The position numbers were made by a program, and so were the translations under genes. Of a DNA stretch of 64,000 bases, positions 60,501 through 64,000 are shown piece after piece (positions within the stretch are counted from its first letter, which is position 1; the number at the start of each line of letters is the position of its first letter). Origin of the DNA: Macrostomum lignano (taxonomy: Eukaryota); NCBI GenBank assembly GCA_002269645.1, contig NIVC01002030.1:50000-113999 (forward strand). Direction: 5' to 3'. The notes beneath the pieces are model-generated. The model worked only from the letters and a program-made list of their open reading frames with translations. It was not told where the DNA came from and searched no databases.

Positions 60501-63500
60501 CAGTAGAGATAATCCGCTCAGCGTCCCAGTGACTCACGCGTGATGAGACGCACTTTGACGGTGACCCGGTTCGGCGCCTCCTGCAGCACGAACTCCCAGT
60601 CCATGGCGTCAGTGGCGTCCTCCTGTTGCTGCCTGACCAGAGTTTTCAACTTCTCTGTCTGCTGCGGCGAGGTGGTCTCTGACGTCGGATCGGTGATGCA
60701 GCGACGCTGCTGTCGCTGCTGCTGCAGAGGAGACGCCGTCCCAGTTGTGAGGGTGTGGCTCTTCTCGACCTGGTCTGAAAGGCGGCCAGTTGGATAGCGC
60801 TTGGAGAACAGCGCGGGCTGCTGGTCCTGCACTTCCTTCTGTCTGACCAGGCGGGCCTTCGCCAGCTTAAGCGGCGATCTGGCGGCCTTGCTCATGGCTG
60901 AGCTGGGGGGGGCTCCCCGCCGCCTTGCTATCCTCCTCTCTGTCTGCCCGGCTGAGCAGAGACAGATAGAGAGTGGCAAGGGACTGGACAGCGGACAGGC
61001 CAAGCGCTAGGCAATCGTTGAAGCGTGGAGCGTCTTCCTAAGTCGCTTGAATTGACCGACTGTCTGCTTCTTTTTCTGTTGCCGCTGCTTTCGCTTTTCC
61101 TGTCTCTTTTTCTTCTTTTACTTATCCGCGCTTCTGCCCTGTTCCGATGGGCTCCTGAGCGATATGAGACTGGGGTCCCTGTGAGCACAGACTCTGCTCC
61201 TTGCTTCCTTCTTCTTCTCTTTCCTCCCAGCGGTGGCGGGAGAGGCTGAGAAGCTATTTGACTCAGGCCAATCCTGGAGCACTCAAACTATTGGCTTGGC
61301 CGCTGTAGGAGATGAGGCTGATGAAGGACTGCTCTGGACTCTAAGCCGGGCTCTCTCTTGACTGGGAATTCATTTTTGCCGAGGAGACGAGGCGAGAGAG
61401 AGGGGAGCGCAGAAGCCGATTAAATGGAAATTTATATTCGACCGCAAATATAGGCTGTCGGACTTATCGGTGCCGGTCGATAACGACCGCTCGTCCAATT
61501 TTTCTGGGGAAGAACCGGACGGATTTGGGAATGAAATAACTGCAGCGGGAGCCGCCACCTGTGCTGGATTTTTGCCCCTGTCCGCCCTCTGCCCCAACTT
61601 TTTCGATACTCAACTGAAGTCTAGCTATTGGGGTCGCTCTGTAGTGACTGCGAGGAACAGTAAATAGAGATTGCCAGTCTATGCAATGGGATTAAACCTT
61701 TTTCGTAAGAAAACTATTTATTGAACACTTGGGAATGGCGCGCTGCGTGTTAGCTAATCCTCATACTAAGGCAGTAAGAACACAAACAATAGCATTTTGA
61801 GTATTTCTATTTTGCCTATGGTTAGATAAAGTTGATAGTTGGACAGATCAAGTGGATGATCTTCATTCGCTGCGGCAGCTACCATAGACAATAAAGCTAC
61901 AATAGTTCAGTTGGCACTTCCTAGCCCGATGAGATGTCTATGGTCAAAATACCATTATCCCACCGAGACTGACTATGGTAAATCCTCGCTTGGCGCTGCG
62001 CAATCTTAGAAACTGAATCGAACTACTTTGATTAGCCGGCTCAGTCTTGCTTGTCAGCACTTGCTCGAACCGCTGGAGGTTTTTCTATTTCTTCTGCTGG
62101 CAGAAAAAGCTGAAGAAGCCACTGCCCCCCCCCCAAAAGCAGTGCCGTCTCTGATCGAAGCAAACGAGTCCGCCACTCCCGCTTGCCTCCCGCGGCCATG
62201 AATAATGATTGATGACGAGTCGAGTCGCTTCCAGCATGCAGCCTCCTCTCCCTCCCGCTCCATCATTCTTAGGTCAGCTCACGCTCTGCATAGCCTGAGG
62301 CCGCAGTGTTTACCCCATCGACTTTTGTTGCCCTCTGGCTCTGGCTAAGTGAGCCACTCCGCTACTCTCCTCAACCGCTCCTTCCTCCTTCGTTCTCTCT
62401 CTCTCTCTATTCCTGCTCCCCTCTCTTACAAGACAAGAGGCCGGAGGCAATCCATTTCCTTCACCAGAAACCTGCTAGGCTCACTATACTGCAGATTTAC
62501 AAATCTGTGCATCTCGACAGGACTTTAACAAAAACAGCCGGCGTGTTCGGTGTTGGAAATTGAGTAAACTGCTGCCGGGTCAGGGCGATCAAGTCGGCCC
62601 CATTAGCTAAGAGGAACACTACGGTTGCTTGGAGCTTTCATGTATAATCCAGTCTCGTGTTACACGATTGATATAAAGCGGTTTCACAACAGACTGACGA
62701 CGGCAAAAAAGCGGCTCCACATTTTGAGGAAAAAATTCTACTTAGAATGCTGTGACTCCTGAGCACTGTACGCAGGCACGCACTCATATACACGCTCACA
62801 CGGGGTGTACAGCAGCCCTTTGACTTTCTAATCGTCAGGCAAGTACACTCCTTGTGCCTCGAGGGTTGGCCCTCAAGGCTGTGAATGTGACAGCGCACGG
62901 AATCGAACCAGGGGGTCCTGCCTGAATTGCTCTCTCCCTGTTGACTCAACTTTGCAGGATTCTGTCATCGACTCAGAAAGACAGCCCTGACAGCCCCCCC
63001 GTCACGAATCCAATCTTATCTCTGCTCGATCTGAGGAAGCAGCCGCCGCGGCTACGAATTTCTGCAAGCAATGCTCTGCGTCGCTCTTCTTCTCTTCTTA
63101 TTTTGCACTTTTTAGCGAGAAAAGCAGCGAAAAGCTGCCCTGATTTCCTGCGCTTGCTTCTTCTTTTCTGGAGTGGAGCTGCCGAGCGGCGCGATGAGGC
63201 TGGGGAAGCCCAAGCCCCTCGACAGCTCAAAAGCTTTGATTCCGGCAACTGAGGGGGCAGGGTTGGCTGGCGATAAGCATGTCGCACTAGCCGCAGATAC
63301 AGAGGAATGTATAATGTATGTAATGTGTAGCGAAATTGCTTTGGAAAATGCACCCGTTTCGCTAGTACGCTTGTAAGCAACATTATTTTCGGCTTAGTTG
63401 TGAGACAAATTTCAGACGGCTACAATTTCGCTATTAAGTAACTATCGGTAGCGCCAAACTGCATACTACTTACTTACTAAGTAGTTTAAATATGTAACTC

Positions 63501-63610
63501 TTTGATCTCGGAAATTTTCGGAACAGTTTAAAGGGATCGATTTGAAATGGCGGGCAATGATTTATTGAGCCGTAAACCGATCAACAAAGGCTTTTTAAAA
63601 CTGCCTCAAC

Positions 63611-63652
<42 letters not shown>

Positions 63653-64000
63653 TAAAGATATGCATGAATGAGCCTGTTTAATATACACGGTATATCCGGG
63701 TAACTCTGTACTCTATAAGATACACTGAGTCGCTTTTTAAAAAAGCTATTTTTTGCCACAGTCCAAAATTTAGAAACATTTATGCAAAAAAAATTTGCAC
63801 GCTAAACTCTTTACTGCCAGTAGACAGCGATGCAACTTACCCTTTTGCTGTTGCTGTTGCGGGTCAAAGTCCAGCTGGCTAGTCAGGGTGGACGAGTTCG
63901 GTAGCTGCTGTCTGCCCGTCTCCCTGGCCGCCTTTGACAGCTGGCTCAGCACCGACTGGCTCTCGGCCAGCCGCTGGTAGTACTCGGCCGCGTGAGGCTG
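53848..64000 (-). CDS. ZFYVE9: SARA/endofin (ZFYVE9/ZFYVE16 family), 3' part; the 5' end and FYVE domain lie beyond the window
   Basis: Exons complement(>63841-64000, 60538-60951, 58396-58560, 57536-57855, 55458-55761, 54676-54812, 53848-53967), all GT-AG and phase-consistent. SARA C-terminal motifs: WVFRSEGLRKLGQTDLL, PLRLLLRLGEEEGVYPCSLISHRYRPALF, ADAHLVA, VTGLSF, VVEDGVAV. Assignment to ZFYVE9 versus ZFYVE16 is not resolved. Confidence 0.88.
53985..54642. repeat. 18-bp minisatellite in the last SARA intron (GTCTGGGTAGGTTCTGCA)
   Basis: About 36 units, directly visible. Confidence 0.96.
54887..55262. repeat. 23-24-bp minisatellite in a SARA intron (GTGTCTGCATGGCGCCAAAATAG)
   Basis: Directly visible. 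Confidence 0.93.
55860..56220. repeat. Polypurine (GA/GGA) low-complexity tract
   Basis: Directly visible. Confidence 0.9.
56995..57345. repeat. 24-bp G-rich minisatellite (GATTAAGGGGGAGATGGGGAGGAA)
   Basis: Directly visible; explains the MGRKIKGE ORFs. Confidence 0.92.
57890..58255. repeat. Irregular TGAC/TGACTCAT tandem array in a SARA intron
   Basis: Directly visible. Confidence 0.9.
58625..60520. repeat. 1.9-kb array of 14-15-bp monomers (GGGGAAATCCAACA) with higher-order structure
   Basis: Directly visible; explains the FPCWISPVG ORFs. Confidence 0.96.
62745..62925 (-). mobile_element. SINE family B copy in a SARA intron
   Basis: CACACGCTCACACGGGGTGTACAGC...TTTCTAATCGTCAGGCA...GGAATCGAACC matches 30200-30380. 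Confidence 0.7.

Noticed and set aside
62973-63383. ORF with a WH2-like stretch (RRALLAEIRSRGG) as an extra SARA exon
   Set aside because: The candidate acceptor gives the wrong phase for that frame, and the phase-compatible frame stops without a good donor.

Overview
Eukaryotic (metazoan) genomic DNA, not prokaryotic. It has GC-rich spliceosomal exons, AT-rich or tandem-repeat-filled introns, and many MITEs and SINEs. The overall style resembles a free-living flatworm such as Macrostomum, but that is inference from sequence style only. The first ~9.6 kb is a near-perfect 30-bp satellite. Seven protein-coding loci were rebuilt by hand from splice sites and reading phase: a core-2/I-branching GCNT-family glycosyltransferase (-), NOP56 (-), eRF3/GSPT (-), a TMEM97/EXPERA gene with two 1-bp frameshifts (-), a divergent TRPC-like channel (+), a copine-like two-C2 protein lacking the vWA domain (+), and the 3' part of a SARA/endofin (ZFYVE9/16) gene (-) that runs out of the window. 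Mobile DNA includes a decayed DIRS/Ngaro-type tyrosine-recombinase retroelement, a deleted hAT transposon, several hAT/Tc1/MULE-type MITEs and two tRNA-derived SINE families. Four observations stand out. (1) A 36-bp repeat duplicates an exon end plus its donor site, giving 16 in-frame donors in the copine-like gene. (2) A TIR-bounded element makes up nearly a whole GCNT intron and appears to supply its splice sites. (3) Five genes have a 3' splice acceptor 4-15 nt before the ATG, as expected for SL trans-splicing. (4) Many introns carry their own private minisatellite. All homology calls come from motif recognition by eye; no database searches were run.
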